A stretch of DNA of 64,000 bases from Octopus sinensis (taxonomy: Eukaryota), in NCBI RefSeq assembly GCF_006345805.1, contig NC_043003.1, positions 47,058,001-47,122,000 of the forward strand. Direction: 5' to 3'. A model generated the notes under the pieces. The model was not told the DNA's origin. It was given only the letters and a program-made list of their open reading frames with translations, and did no database searches. Of the stretch, positions 27,409 to 41,279 are shown one piece after another. Made by a program: the position numbers and the translations under genes. Every line of letters begins with the position of its first letter. The first letter of the stretch is position 1.

Positions 27409-28728
27409 ATATATATATATTTCAGGCCAGAGATTGGAATTCGCTCAAATGAGCACTGGCCATGTACAGTGACCTATTAGTTGTCCATTCTCTTTCGAGA
27501 CTTTAGCGTGCCCTTCTGTCAATGTAGGAATAAGAGACCATTTAGAGGGATACTTCTTATGCGTTTTGAACATATCTTACCATCAAAACCATCAGAAATC
27601 AGTTGTTCGATAGGTAAACCACATCTTCAAGTGAGACAAGCATAATAGTAAAAATTGACCGTCCACCGCATCAATTCAGTATCTAACGGATATCGGCTCG
27701 TGAAGAGAATATCTAAATAACTCACATTGAAATACAGCAATCAATTCAACGAGTTAAATTAGGCGCCCTCATATCCGAGACATCTCCTATATTTATGCGA
27801 ATAACGAGGAGAAACTTTAATAAAAGAAAGAAAAAGTTATTTGTAATGTAGGGGAGGTAATTAGGGTTAAGTGCTGCGCTTAATACAACTGATTACTTTC
27901 TCTTCTTTTTTCAGTATCATTTTTTTTTTTTTTATCTTCGGAAAATTCGATTTGACTTTATTATCATTCTCTCAAATATAGTCCCATAGCTGCTGGTTAT
28001 CAAATACTTCGGCAATCGAAGTATTTGATTTCTAATATGAATTTATCTCATAGATTTTCTTTTAATAAAACATGTCTTGACAAGAATGTTTGTCTACTTT
28101 TGCAGATATGAAGCTACATCTGAGCAAATGTAGAAGAAAAAAATAAGACGAACACAAGTTTATATAATTTGTTTGCTACATATGGTCCACCGTTGAGGTT
28201 GTTTGGAACAGCTGCATTGGTTGTTCAAGTGCGAGAGGATGCTTAACCACAACGGATCACCGAGGAAACACTTCATTGCATTATGTTACAGAGATCAAAT
28301 ATCTTAAGTTGAACAGATGCCGAGAGAATCAATTAGCATTTTGTCTAGTTTGGAGTTGATACAGAAGGCGTAAATTATATAGTGCGAAAATCAAGTTTTA
28401 ACAGAATTGTGTTGTGCGTATTATTATATTGTGTGTGTGTAAATATAAATATATAGAGTGAGTGGAGGAGAGAAAGAGAGAGATGAAATCAAATAGCAAA
28501 ATGTGGGATAAACTTTGTGAGGAAATAACTAATGTTTCAGAAACATTATTAATCTCAGCTGTGAAGTTTTGTTATTTTTTTTTTGTTTGGTTGGTTTTTT
28601 TTGGGGGGGGGTGAAAATCACGTGTTTCAGATTTTGGATAAATCCCACAGATTCATCAACTGTACCGAAGTTGTCCCTCAGTTAGCCTGTTGTAATCTGC
28701 GTATGTGCATGTGTGTGTGTGTGTATTG

Positions 28729-28963
28729 AAGGCGGCGAGCTGGCAGAAACGTTAGCACGCCGGGCGAAATGCGTAGCCGTATTTCGTCTGTCGTTACGCT
28801 GTGAGTTCAAATTCCGCCGAGGCCGACTTTGCCTTTCATCCTTTCGGGGTCGATAAATTAAGTACCAGTTACGCACTGGGGTCGATGGAATCGACTTAAT
28901 ACCTATGTCTGTCCTTGTTTGTCCCATCTATGTTTAGCCCCTTGTGGGTAATAAAGAAATAGG
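28729..28963 (+). mobile_element. SINE family C, full length, long tail
   Basis: AAGGCGGCGAGCTGGCAGAAACGTTAGC...GCCCCTTGTGGGTAATAAAGAAATAGG. Confidence 0.9.
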
Positions 28964-29331
28964 TGTGTGTGTGTGTGTGTGTGTGTGTCTGTGCTTGCGT
29001 GTGTGTGTGTGTGCTTGCGCGTGTTCTGTGTTTCGGTGTGTCTACATGTGTGTGTGTGTGTGTATGTGTGCATGCTCATGTGTGTGTGTATGTGTGCGTG
29101 CTCATGTGTGTGTGTATGTGTGCGTGCGTGCGTGCATGCGTGCGTGCGTGCGTGCGTGCATGCGTGCGTAAGTGTCTGCGTGTGCGTGCCCGCGTGTGTG
29201 TGTACTTGCTTGGTCTGGAGGGAGAATGGGTCAGGACCTATAACATTCGCAGCCCCCCCCCCCAACACCGATGAAATTGATGACATTAACGTTTGACAGA
29301 TCTAGGAAAGACATACTAGAAGCAAGAAGTA

Positions 29332-29548
29332 CGAGGGGGTGCTGAAAAGTTCCTGGCTTTGAGTAAAAGAAAATACAGGAGGATCGGTTAATTATGCTTT
29401 TATTCAACATATTTCCCTCTCAAAGCCACACACTTATTGCAGCGGTCCTTCAGTTTTCCTAAGTCCTGTAAAAGAACTCAGAAGACTGGGCCTCCAATCA
29501 GTCATTTTGCGACACCCTTAAACCAGGAATTTTTCAAACATCCCCTCG
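29332..29548. mobile_element. Mariner-derived MITE (217 bp)
   Basis: TA|CGAGGGGGTGCTGAAAAGTTCCTGG ... CCAGGAATTTTTCAAACATCCCCTCG|TA. Confidence 0.85.
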
Positions 29549-29819
29549 TAAATTCCAAGGAACTGACGTTGTGACGGAGGAAGAACAGGGCGTAATGGTC
29601 AGTGTGGCAAAGGATGACTGGACATAGTATGGATGAGGAGGAAAGAGATGAGTAGCACTGAGAAGAGACCAGAGAGCCCTGATGAGCTGAGACCATTACA
29701 ATAGCTGTGGTAGAAAACAAGTAGAGAAGGTGAAATAGCACGCCTGTGAGTCAGAACATGTTTGTGAGTGATTTTACGTCATTCAGACGGGTAGCTCTTC
29801 TGTGTGTGTGTGTGTGTGT

Positions 29820-29873
<54 letters not shown>

Positions 29874-29941
29874 TGTGTGTGCGCACGCGGGCGACACTTT
29901 TATATATTTTATACACAAGCAAGTATTTCAAAATAACAATA

Positions 29942-29977
<36 letters not shown>

Positions 29978-30009
29978 TAATAATAATAATAATAATGAAA
30001 TTATGAAAT

Positions 30010-31445
30010 TATTGTGTATCGTGCTCAGGTGCACTACATAGATGGATAATATACAGTACATAGAATTGCGTACAAAGGTCAGGAAGTGAACAGCGTATGA
30101 GTCATGATATACATGTGTGCATGCGTATGGCGGCGGTGGGTGGATATCAGGTGTAGTGTTGGCGAATTTCAAGAAGCATGGAGGTTTTAAAGGATGCAAT
30201 GTCTCGGCAACTAACAACTGATGCAGGTAGTTTTTTTTCCATGCTGCAGCAACTCTGAGTGAGCAGACATGTTTCCGAAAGTCATGGAAGCTGTGCTGTT
30301 TTCTGACTCTGTAGGCATTCCCATATTAGACATATATGTGTGTTAGACATATGGAGCTCAAGAGGGTGCTCAAGAGGGTGCTCAAGGTGGTTGTTGGCAA
30401 GATGGTTAATAATTTTGTGGATGCTTACCTAGTCAGTTGCCAGACGTCGGAGCTTCAATGTATCTACGCCCAGGGAAGCAAGGCGTTCAGATTATGGTAG
30501 ATGCCTGATGAAGGGTATTCGCTTGGTTGTACGTCTGTGAACAGTTTCCAGGAGGTCAATGTCCCGAGTATTATAGGGGTTCCAAACTGGTGATGCAAAT
30601 TGCAAGTGTGGCCGCATCCCAGCCATATACAGCCTTAAATAGATAGCTGGAAAGCGGCTGACAAAAGTCTTGCTGAGTGATGCCAAGACACCCTCGCTGT
30701 TGACAGTAATACCCAGGTCACGTTCATAAGATTTCTTGATATTAGTGTTATGGAGAGAGTATGTGGACGCTGGGTTTTTCCTTCCAAAATGCATGGTGGT
30801 ACACTTGTCCACAACCAGTTTGAGTTGTCAATCCGTGATCCATTGTTGCATTGTGTCCAGGTCCGATTGCAGGAAAGTTCTATAGTGTTCAAGATCTGTC
30901 CTTTTTATCTCAAGATACAGCTTGATGCCATCTGCATATTTCAGCACTGTGGCCTCCTTTAAGTTGGCATCTATGTCATTAATGTATGCAATAAACAAAA
31001 GGGGACAAGAACTGATACCTGTGGTGCACCAGATGATATTTCATAGGGTGAAGAATGCTGTCCTAGAACCGTGACTACTTCTTTTCAGCTGAGAATGAAG
31101 GACTCCAACCCGTTAAAAAGATCATCTTTCACACCCATTGCAGATAGTTTTGCCATAAGTCTTTTGTGTGGCACAGAATTAAAAGTTTAGCAAAGTCAAG
31201 ATAAACAACACTTGGGTGATATCTTCAAGAAACTCGATAAGTTGATCACAGCAGCTGGAGTTAGGGAAAGATCCAAATTGCGATGGCCGGATCTGACACA
31301 GGATTCCATCAATTTGGCAATGCAGCGGGTAAGACTGACTGAACAATAGTTGAAAGGTGACCCCTTTTTTTTTGCGGTCCCCCTTTTTGTTACTGCCCAT
31401 AAGGGACAGGTTGGCAATAATCATAGCATGATCCAATCACTTGAA
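30010..31445 (-). mobile_element. CR1-group LINE (family L-b), RT domain to 3' end, (TTA)n tail, decayed
   Basis: SVPHKRLMAKL, LFIAYINDID, KYAD, DKCTTMHFG and SPVWNPY motifs; 3' end TGTAGTGCACCTGAGCAC followed by (TTA)n at ~29940-29997. Confidence 0.9.
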
Positions 31446-31547
31446 TATGAAATTAGTTTGTTCTTCACTTAGATGGATAATTCTGTATGTTGGTTATATA
31501 TAGAGGTTACTCAACCAATGTAGTCTCTATTCTAGAAAAGATTGTTT

Positions 31548-31697
31548 TATTTCTTTATTGCCCACAGGGGGCTAAACATAGAGGGGACAAACAAGGACAG
31601 ACAAAGGGATTAAGTCGATTACATCGACCCCAGTACGCAACTGGTACTTATTTAATCGACCCCGGAAAGATGAAAGGAAAAGTCGATCTCGGCGGAA
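31548..31697 (-). mobile_element. SINE family C, 5'-truncated
   Basis: Reverse complement of 28812-28960. Confidence 0.85.
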
Positions 31698-31969
31698 TGA
31701 TTATTGGGAGCTAGTTTGTGTTATGAACTATTGATGTTGACAACATACATTAAGTGTCCATATTACCAACCTCAATGAAACGAAATAAAAAAAAAGGTGT
31801 CATGAAAAAAAGTCAACACGACATTAATGACAAAAATTAGAAAAGAATCTTCTTATTTATTAACAAAGATATATAAAGGCAAGTGATGTGAGCGAAATGT
31901 TCATATTGGACTTAGACGAGCCTATCTAGACCAGTAGTTCTCAACCTCTTGTTACTCAACGCCTCATGT

Positions 31970-32275
31970 GAAGGCGCATAGCTCGGTGGTTAGAGCGTCG
32001 GACTCACAATCATGAGGTAGTGAGTTCGATTTCCGGACCGGGATATGTGTTGTGTTCTTGAGCAAGACATTTATTTCACTTTGCTCCAGTAAACTCAGCT
32101 GCAGAAATGAGTTGCGACGTCACTGGTGCCCAGCTGTATCGGCCTTTTCCTTTTGATAATATCAGTGGCGTGGAGAGGGGAGACCGGTATGCATGGGTGA
32201 CTGCTGATCTTCTGTGAGCAACCCCGCACGGACTTATAACTCGGAGGGGAACATTCCAGGTGCAGTTCCATAGTC
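31970..32275 (+). mobile_element. SINE family D, near full length
   Basis: tRNA-like head GAAGGCGCATAGCTCGGTGGTTAGAGCG...GAGTTCGATTTCC; partial copies at ~40855-41000 and ~45885-45985. Confidence 0.85.
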
Positions 32276-32984
32276 AACGCCTCACTGTCACGGGATACCG
32301 TGTTTTTGTTTTTTGTTTTTTTTTAATGGTTCTCCATACGTTTGGAAAGAAAAACAGAATATTTTAATGATAACAGAATCTAACTTTGCGGAATGATCTA
32401 TTATCAATATTTTCTTACAGTATTTCATCAAGCATATGCCACTTTTTATATATTTAATAGAACTAATACACACATGTTAAACTTTTAGGGAAATTACTAA
32501 AGAAAGCGAGTAATCACAGAAAATTATACTGTACCGACATTAGTTCTATTCACTGAAAGCACAAGGTTCTACTCATATTTTATATACGAAAAATGCTTTT
32601 TCAAACATTGTACCTAGTTTAAATATTTCATTTTTTTTAAATATATATATCGACCTTCTTTAAACAGATAGCATCATGTCCTATAGTTTGCCCTTTAATA
32701 TTCGCTATTTCCTGGTAAACTCATAACGCTCCCCCAGATTAAAAATTACTGATCTAGGCAAACCGAATAATGAACTACAAGTGTATTGTGCAGCCTTGAT
32801 CGGGCAGACGTCACTCAACCAGTGGTTCATCATTAACTCTTTCTCCAGTGCGTTTAGGATTTTATTGTCCAATGTGACCTCCATTTCTTAAGAATACAGG
32901 TTGAGATTTGGTTACGTAGGAAGATTTTCTCGGTGGCTTGTAATATATCCATATATGTATATAGGGTACGGCAGAAAGGTTGTC

Positions 32985-33051
<67 letters not shown>

Positions 33052-33060
33052 ATATATATA

Positions 33061-33352
33061 TCACGTGATCACGTGACCGACCAGTCAATCAGATGTAGTT
33101 ACACATCGCTGGTCACAATGCGTTCGCATTGTTTTAGCCTTCGAATGACGCCACCCCGCTGGTTAAACGAGCAGGCCAACAGAAGAAAGAGTGGGAGAAA
33201 GAGTGGTGAAAGAGTACAGCAGGGATCACTACCCCCTGCCGGAGCCTCGTGGAGCTTTTCAGGTGTTTTCGCTCAATAAACACTCACAACGCCCGGTCTG
33301 GGGATCGAAACCGCGAGTCCGCTGCCCTAACCGCTGGGCCATTGCGCCTCCA
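33061..33352 (-). mobile_element. SINE family A, tail type b
   Basis: Same head as 964; tail ends GTCGGTCACGTGATCACGTGA inside a TA repeat; close copy at 34521-34810. Confidence 0.9.
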
Positions 33353-33355
33353 CAC

Positions 33356-33433
<78 letters not shown>

Positions 33434-33437
33434 TATA

Positions 33438-33477
<40 letters not shown>

Positions 33478-34289
33478 TGTTATATATAGTGCTCAGGTGA
33501 ACTACAACTAAGAAAAAATATAAGAAAAAATATTAGGTGTACCGTTAGCGGATTTCAGGAAGCATGGAAATTTTGAAATACGTACTGTGTCGACACTACA
33601 TTCATTAATTAATAATTGTGACTATAGTTAACCGAGAGGACATTCTGTCGTTATTCTTTTTTTGTAGGGTGGGTGTTGGGGGTGTATTTTGATTTGATTT
33701 CGTCTTGCTGGACATAGAGTATTCAGAGTGTATCTATTATTCAATGTGTCCGCCCTACTTTTTAAAACGATGAAATATGATTTGGATTGCTATTTATAAT
33801 ACGCTGAATGACAGCGAACAATTTTCCTCGCTGGCTCAACTATACATACGTTATTTAGCCCAGTTCAACTCTAAGTGAGCAAAAGTATGAACCAAAATAT
33901 CGTCTTCTTTGAGAGTATTTTAGATTACATTATCTAATGCTAATAAATTGAGATTAAATAATAAAAAAATTCTGCTGGAGTTACGTCCCCTGCACTTGCG
34001 TCAATTCTATTGAGGATCACCCGATTCATTCGTCTTCTTTTTCATCATTCATGTTTGATTCAAATCCTCAGGCCCTCGCTCCTGCAATAATGCCCGATCC
34101 TTCCTTCTTCTGTGGTAACATTATTCTACAGCAACCCCTTCTTTGCACTTATCTTTCCTACATCTATCGCTGTTTAAGCTGAACATCAACAACCTGTCTC
34201 ATCTGGAGACATGTGTAAGAGGATTTGCGAATGTTATAGGCGCTATCCCTTCTTCTAGACCTAACAAAGACTTACACACACACACACAC

Positions 34290-34426
<137 letters not shown>

Positions 34427-34433
34427 TATATAT

Positions 34434-34464
<31 letters not shown>

Positions 34465-34520
34465 GATACATACATACATACATACATACATACATACATA
34501 CATGCATACATACATATATG

Positions 34521-34810
34521 ACGTGATCACGTGACCGACCAGACCATCAGATGTTGTTACACATCGCTGGTCACAATGCGTTCGCATTGTTTTGGCCTTC
34601 GAATGACGCCACCCCGCTGGCTAAGCGAGCAGGCCAACAGAAGAAAGAGTGGGAGAAAGAGTGGTGAAAGAGTACAGCAGGGATCACCACCCCCTGCCAG
34701 AGCCTCGTGGAGCTTTTAAGTGTTTTCGCTCAATAAACACACTCAACGCCCGGTCTGGGAATCGAAACCGCGATCCTGCTGCCCTAACCACTAGGCCATT
34801 GCGCCTCCAC
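34521..34810 (-). mobile_element. SINE family A, tail type b
   Basis: Near-identical to 33061-33352. Confidence 0.9.
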
Positions 34811-35004
34811 ACACATACACACACACACACACACAACACACACACATATATATATAGTTCTAGTCCTGTAGAAGCTCCTTCTATATAATAAATTAATTTT
34901 ACTCTGCTATGTATTGAGTACCTTATTTACTGTGGTTAACCCCGAATCAACCCGGGACCTACATATATATATATATATATATATAATGTCACACAATGAT
35001 AATA

Positions 35005-35548
35005 TGTATAGTGATGAATTGAACGCTGTTAAGTTTGTTCTTTGTAACGTTAGAGGATATAGCGTCAAAGGTAGCCTATAGAAAGAGGGGGGGTAAAGGA
35101 AAGAAAAAAACAGAAACCAAATAAGTTAGAAGTATAGAACGCTATGTAAATTAGATAAAACCCTAAACTCTTGGAAGAAGATATATCTAGTGGAAGTGAA
35201 ATGTAAGAAGAAAATAATGCTTAAATTATATATAATGGTAGATATCACTTATATGAACTAAAAGTGTGTGTCTGCCAAACCGTGTTTACAAGAGGAATTT
35301 TAGAAAACAAAGAATAAAAATTAGTTCACAATTAGCAGAGAAGACATAATTTCTTGCCATATATATATATCTTGTTCCAAGACTTTAGGATTTTATTTAA
35401 TTTACATATCGTTCTATACTTCTAACTTATTTGGTTTCTGATTTTTTCTTTCCTTTACCCCTCCTCTTTCTATAGGCTACCTTTGACGTTATATCCTCTA
35501 ACTTTTTTTTAAACAAAAACTTATTAGCGTTCAGTTCATCACTATACA
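35005..35548. repeat. Foldback element, ~148-bp inverted arms, in (TA)n context
   Basis: 35005-35152 is the reverse complement of 35398-35548. Confidence 0.9.
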
Positions 35549-35720
35549 TGTCCATCATTTTCTGTTAAGATGTTTTATTGACGAGTTTTATTTCTTCACT
35601 TCTCTAAAAAGAAGATTACATTTTTTTACACCATTTTATTCCTTTGGAATAATACCAATGATATCTTCGAAACATGTGTCGGAAGTAAAAGAATTTGAAT
35701 AACACCTGCATTTAACTCCA

Positions 35721-35830
<110 letters not shown>

Positions 35831-35868
35831 GAGAAGAGGAAGATTTTGGAAAAATAATTTTATTATTT

Positions 35869-36073
35869 AGTCATCATCAGCGCTTTCGTTCGTTTTTCGA
35901 ACTTGTCAAATAAAATTATTTTGTCAATGTACAAAAAGGTTGTTTATTTATATAAAACGAATGTGTTTTTTTAGAAGAGGAGAACATTATTTTTGTTTTT
36001 ATTTGTTTTTTGTTTTGTTTTTTTTTGTAAGGTGGGTGACGTTTCAGGATAATGGAGAAAGATAGATAGATAA

Positions 36074-36168
<95 letters not shown>

Positions 36169-36365
36169 CCTCTCTATCTATCTATTTCCATTGTCCTGGA
36201 ACCTCACTCAGAAAAAAAGCAGAAGAAACAAAAACAATGTTCTCTTCTTCTAAACAAAACAAAGAAACATCTATTTTATATAAATAAACAACTTGTTTGT
36301 ATATTCACAAACAAATTTTATTTGACAAGTTCGAAAAACGAACGATAGCGCCAATAATAATGACT
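35869..36365. repeat. Foldback element, ~190-bp diverged arms, with (GATA)n in the loop
   Basis: CGCTTTCGTTCGTTTTTCGAACTTGTCAAATAAAATT versus AATTTTATTTGACAAGTTCGAAAAACGAACGATAGCG. Confidence 0.85.
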
Positions 36366-36372
36366 CTTTTTA

Positions 36373-36575
36373 TTCTTTTACTTGTTTCAGTCATTTGACT
36401 GTGGCCATGCTGGAGCACCGCCTTTTAGTCGAGCAAATCGACCCCAGGACTTATTCTTTGTAAGCCTAGTACTTATTCTATCGGTCTTTTTTGCCGAACC
36501 GCTAAGTTACGGGGACGTAAACACACCACCATCGGTTGTCAAGCGATGTTTGGGGGGACAAACACAGACACACAA

Positions 36576-36645
<70 letters not shown>

Positions 36646-36653
36646 TATATATA

Positions 36654-36702
<49 letters not shown>

Positions 36703-36900
36703 ATATATATATGTATGTATATATATATACATATATGCGACGGACTTCTTTGAGTTTTCCGCCTACCAAATCCACTCACAGGCTTTGATCGGCCCGAGGC
36801 TATAGTAGAAGACACTTGCTCAAGGTGCCACGTAGTGGCACTGAACCCTGAACCATGTGGTTCGTAAGCAAGCTACTTACCACACAGTTACTCCTACGCC
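36373..36900 (-). mobile_element. SINE family B, full length
   Basis: Complete head, internal (CA)(TA)n and tail. Confidence 0.9.
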
Positions 36901-37261
36901 TATAAGTAAAAAAAAATATATTTTTCCAAAAACTCTGGCGACCTCCTCTTTTCTCAATATACAAAATCTCAATGTCTCTACACCACTTCTAACACTCTAT
37001 ACATATACTCGCATCCCGACATTTTCTCTCTTTTTTTCTCTTCTATTTTCTTCTTTTGTATTCATTCTATAATAATCCTATATCCTTTCAAAATTTCTCC
37101 CAGGTGTTACCCATTAAATGCGTCTTGACTTAACGGCCCTTAATGTTAGTTTTCGTCGATTGTTAACTGTGTCGTTGTTTGTTCGTTCGAAGCTCTAACT
37201 TTCCAGAAATTTCATATTTTTAAAATTTCTGAATGCTGCCGTTTTACGAAGTTTTCCTATA

Positions 37262-37680
37262 TTATAATAATAATAATAATAATAATAACATTGTGTACAG
37301 TGCTCAGGTGCACTACAACTCATCTAAAGTGTATGTATAATCAGGTGTAGTTTCGGCGGATTTCGGAAAGCATGAGGGCCTTAAAGGATGCAGTGTCATG
37401 GCAGTCAACAACTGACGCAGGCAGTTTGTTCCATGCTTCAGCAACTCTGAGCGTGAAAAAATGTTTCCGAAAGTCATGGGAGCTGTGTTGTTTTCTGACT
37501 TTGTAGGCATGTCCACGTGTGTTAGACACATGAAGATCAAAAAGGTGTCTATGTGTTGTTGTTGGTGAGGTGGTTGATAACTTTGTGGGTGTTTACCAAG
37601 TCCATCACCAGACGCCGGAGCTTCAGTGAATCCATGCCCAGAGAAACAAGGCGCTCAGAGTAGTCGACAACTGAGGAGGG
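37262..37680 (-). mobile_element. CR1-group LINE family L-b 3' fragment with (TTA)n tail
   Basis: TRGHAYKV...RKHFFTLRVAEAWNKLP; same 3' end as the 30010 copy. Confidence 0.9.
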
Positions 37681-37925
37681 GTTTAGGCTTCTTTTGGTAT
37701 TTTGTCTCATACTTGTCTCTCATTATGTGTTTACGTACTTTTCACTCGTCGGTGATGTCCTGTTCTTATTGTATATTCTTTGGTAATTCGCCCTGTACTT
37801 ATTGCTGTCACTCGTCGGTCATGTCCTGTACATGTATTTTATATTAATTTATATATATATATGTCTGTGTGTATACATATATACATATATGTATACATTC
37901 ATGTATATATATTCTCCCCCTATAT

Positions 37926-38290
37926 AGTCGAGCAAATCGATCCCAGGACTTATTGTTTGTAAGCCTAGTACTTATTCTATCGGTCTCTTTTGCCGAACCG
38001 CTAAGTTACGGGGACGTAAACACACCAACATCGGTTGTCAAGCGATGTTGGGGAGACAAATACAGACACACAAACATATACACACACACACACACACATA
38101 TACATTTATATATATATATACATACGACGGGCTTCTTTCTGTTTCCGTCTACCAAATCCACTCACAAGGCTTTGGTCGGCTCGAGGCTATAGTAGAAGAC
38201 ACACCTGGCCAAGGTGCCACGCAGTGGGACTGGACCCAGAACCATGTGGTTGGTAAGCAAGCTACTTACCACACAGCCACTCCTACGTCT
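37926..38290 (-). mobile_element. SINE family B
   Basis: Aligns with 36373-36900. Confidence 0.9.
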
Positions 38291-38960
38291 ATATCCAATT
38301 TACTCACAAGACATTAGTTGGTCCAAAACAATAATAAAAGATGCTTGCCCAAGACACTGAACTCGAATCCACGTGGTGGCGAAGCCAACTTTTTAACCAC
38401 ACAGATGCCTATATATAGCGTGTGATCTTAATGCGAAACGAAAACATGTTAGTTTGTTCCCCGCTTCCCCTTTTCCCCTTTTCCCCTCGCCAAAGTTTCA
38501 TTCCGCAACGAAATTAATTTTTGAACATATAAAATATTACTTTGATATAAGTATTCTTTAAAGGTTGCAGCTACGTGTGAGTTAATAATTATTTTAATAA
38601 CTTGAGGCCATTCACACTGCAACTAATTTAGCCTGGCGTAAGCTGATAAAAAAAATAATATCTTATGCAGACACAAAATGCACAATTTTAGAACACACGT
38701 GCTTTTTCCATTTTAGCAAATTTTCTTAATTATTTTAACAAGAATGCTTAGTATAGTGTCTGCATAAAATAGTTTGAAATTACTTATATAACAGGATAAT
38801 TTCATTCTAGATCGGGTTAATTTATTTGAAACAATAAAACAACCAAAAAGGCACAACCAGCTGTCACTCACGAGCGAGTGAGACTTGGTAGTAAATTCCC
38901 TCCAATCTGACACCACTGGGACCGAAGGATTGCCGGATAACTGAATTTTCCGGATATCTG

Positions 38961-39020
38961 ATCATCATAGCCCTTTGCAGCACTCATTAAATCATCATAG
39001 CCCTTTGCAGCACTCATTAA
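38961..39020. repeat. Perfect 30-bp tandem duplication
   Basis: ATCATCATAGCCCTTTGCAGCACTCATTAA twice. Confidence 0.95.
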
Positions 39021-39057
39021 AACTATACACGTATATCAGTATTATCATTAAGATTCT

Positions 39058-39473
39058 AAGACGGCGAGCTGGCAGAAACGTTAGCACACAGAGAGAGAAA
39101 TGCTTAGCAGTATTTTGTCTGCCGCTATGTTCTGAGTTCAATTTCCGCCGTGGTCGACTTTGCCTTTCATCTTTGCGGGGCCGATTAAATAAGTACCAGT
39201 CGATTAAATAAGTATGCACTGCGGTCGATATAATCGACTTAATCCGTTTGTCTGTCCTTGTTTGTCCTCTGTGTTTAACCCCTTATGGGTAGTAAAGAAA
39301 TAAGTATTTCGTCAGCCGCTACGTTCTGAGTTCAAATTCCGCCGAGGTCTACTTTGCTTCTCATCCTTCCGAGGTCGATAAATTAAGTACCAGTTGCGTA
39401 CTGGAGTCGATCTAATCGACTGCCCACCCCCTCCCCCAAAATTTCGGGCCTTGTGGCTAGAGTCTTAGAAAAG
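39058..39473 (+). mobile_element. Dimeric SINE family C (long-tail monomer plus headless short-tail monomer)
   Basis: Two Meta-like cores flanked by a 17-bp repeat ATTATCATTAA(G/C)ATTCT. Confidence 0.8.
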
Positions 39474-39921
39474 ATTATCATTAACATTCTGAATATAGTA
39501 GAAATGAGAGGAAGAGATAAAAGTATAATTCAAGTAAAGCACGAGATTTTATGAATCTAATAAAACACAGGTACTGTAAATGCAGTAAAATGTAATACTG
39601 TGCTATACTTGAAGAAGCAACGATTTCAGATACAGCAAAATGGACAATTAATTAATAAAAAATTAGTGCAAATTCTCTTGACTCTTATCAATGACACATT
39701 TTCTTTGATTTATTTTTATTTTTCTGGGTACCGGTTGCCTGAGAGTTCCAGTTATTGAAATACCGGATAAGAGGGAAGTTACTGTATATGTACCGAGCTT
39801 TCCTTGGTTGTTTTCAGTGCCTATGAGGCCCAGAGCTTAGACACATTCTGGCTCCCGTGACGCTACGAAACGTTCACGATGTGACAGTGAGGTAGAAAAG
39901 AGTCTTGCTTAATGACATAAC

Positions 39922-40076
39922 CACTAGCGTAGCTAGGGGCGGGGTGGTAGGGGCGGTCCGCCCGGGCGACACTTTTGAGTCTGCTGTAAGCAATATGTTT
40001 TTTTTTGGGGGGGGGAGTCTGGTTGTGACAAACTGAAGGGCCGCCCCGAGCGGCACACACTCTAGCTACGCTAGTG
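39922..40076. mobile_element. hAT-type MITE (155 bp)
   Basis: Perfect TIR CACTAGCGTAGCTAG; 8-bp TSD GACATAAC / GGCATAAC. Confidence 0.9.
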
Positions 40077-40227
40077 GGCATAACGTGACCTCATGATCAT
40101 GAACTCAACGAATATCTTAACCTCAAGGCTACAAATCTCCACATTAAAATTACTAGTAAAATATACACTCTGTAACTCTTGTTTTGTTGATTTTTACCTT
40201 TTAATAAAAGTATATATTCCATAATTC

Positions 40228-40357
40228 TTTATCACCACATCAATATGGTTGTTCGATGTTACTGTCGTTTAACCCCAGGAAGAGCCTCCTCCAGCTGGTT
40301 ATCTTCCTTGAGTTAAATGGTAGTAACGTCGAACAGCCATATTGATGTAGTGATAAA
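40228..40357. repeat. Hairpin, 56-bp arms, 18-nt loop
   Basis: Arms differ at 8 positions with no indels. Confidence 0.9.
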
Positions 40358-41279
40358 CATTACTTTTTAGTATAGTAACTACTCTCATGTTTTATTGAGA
40401 TTTTCTAACTTTTTGCTTATTCCAAAATTGTTTTGTCGCAAAATTTCCCCAAGGGCTCGGTTATCTGAAACTTCACTGGTACACAAAGACTATTTCTGTA
40501 AGAGATAAATATATTTGATTGAGTAGTTCTCGTGCAAGCATGAGTTACCTTTTTTCAAGAAGAGGGCCTCATGAAACATAGTTCAGTATTAAGTGGGCTG
40601 CACCTCTAAAAAAAAATGTTGGTAATTTTTCAATAGGTGCACTATTCAGAAAGTCCTGCGGGTAACAAGTTGCCCAAAACTGCGCTAGTGTATTACTCGT
40701 ATTTATATTATCGATACAGATGTTCCAACGTTCCTTCTACTTCACCACCACCTTCAAAGCTGTCTTCTAACAAAGGCACGAGGTCACAGATTTGGGTGAA
40801 GAGGAGCAATTGATTATATACGTTGGTATTTGCACCTAAAAATGATGTTCTGATGAAAGAACATGGCCCAGTGGTTAGAGCGTTCGACTCATAACGATTA
40901 GATTATCGATTTAATCCTTCAATCGAGCGATGTGTTGTGGTGTTGAGTAAGACATTTCATTTCACGTTACTTCAGTGCACTGAGCTGTATTGACTACCAG
41001 CCATAATACTAAAACAGCCCTCTCTTTCTCTCCACCTAAATGTTCCGGCTGAGGCATAGGTGGAAGGTGCTTAGAGGATAATCTGCGTCTGCTCGCGACT
41101 ATATAGGTATCTAAAACGGTTAAGAAAAGCATGGCACATGTTACCAAGCTATGCTCGCCTGTATACGGCTAATTGTACTTTGTACAATGATGTTTAGTTA
41201 CATTTTTTTATATGGGTGGAGAGTTTTAAAACGTCGACTTTTGAATGGGCTGGTGTAAATATTACCGATTTCTAAGCAG

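Larger units (their letters stand above)
38889..39784. mobile_element. pogo/Tigger-like MITE interrupted by SINE C
   Basis: Imperfect TIRs AGTAAATTCCCTCCAATCTG and CCGGATAAGAGGGAAGTTACTG|TA, with subterminal CCGGATAA repeats. Confidence 0.5.

Noticed and set aside
27425-27800. Exon or Penelope GIY-YIG remnant
   Set aside because: Only short open frames and no convincing motif
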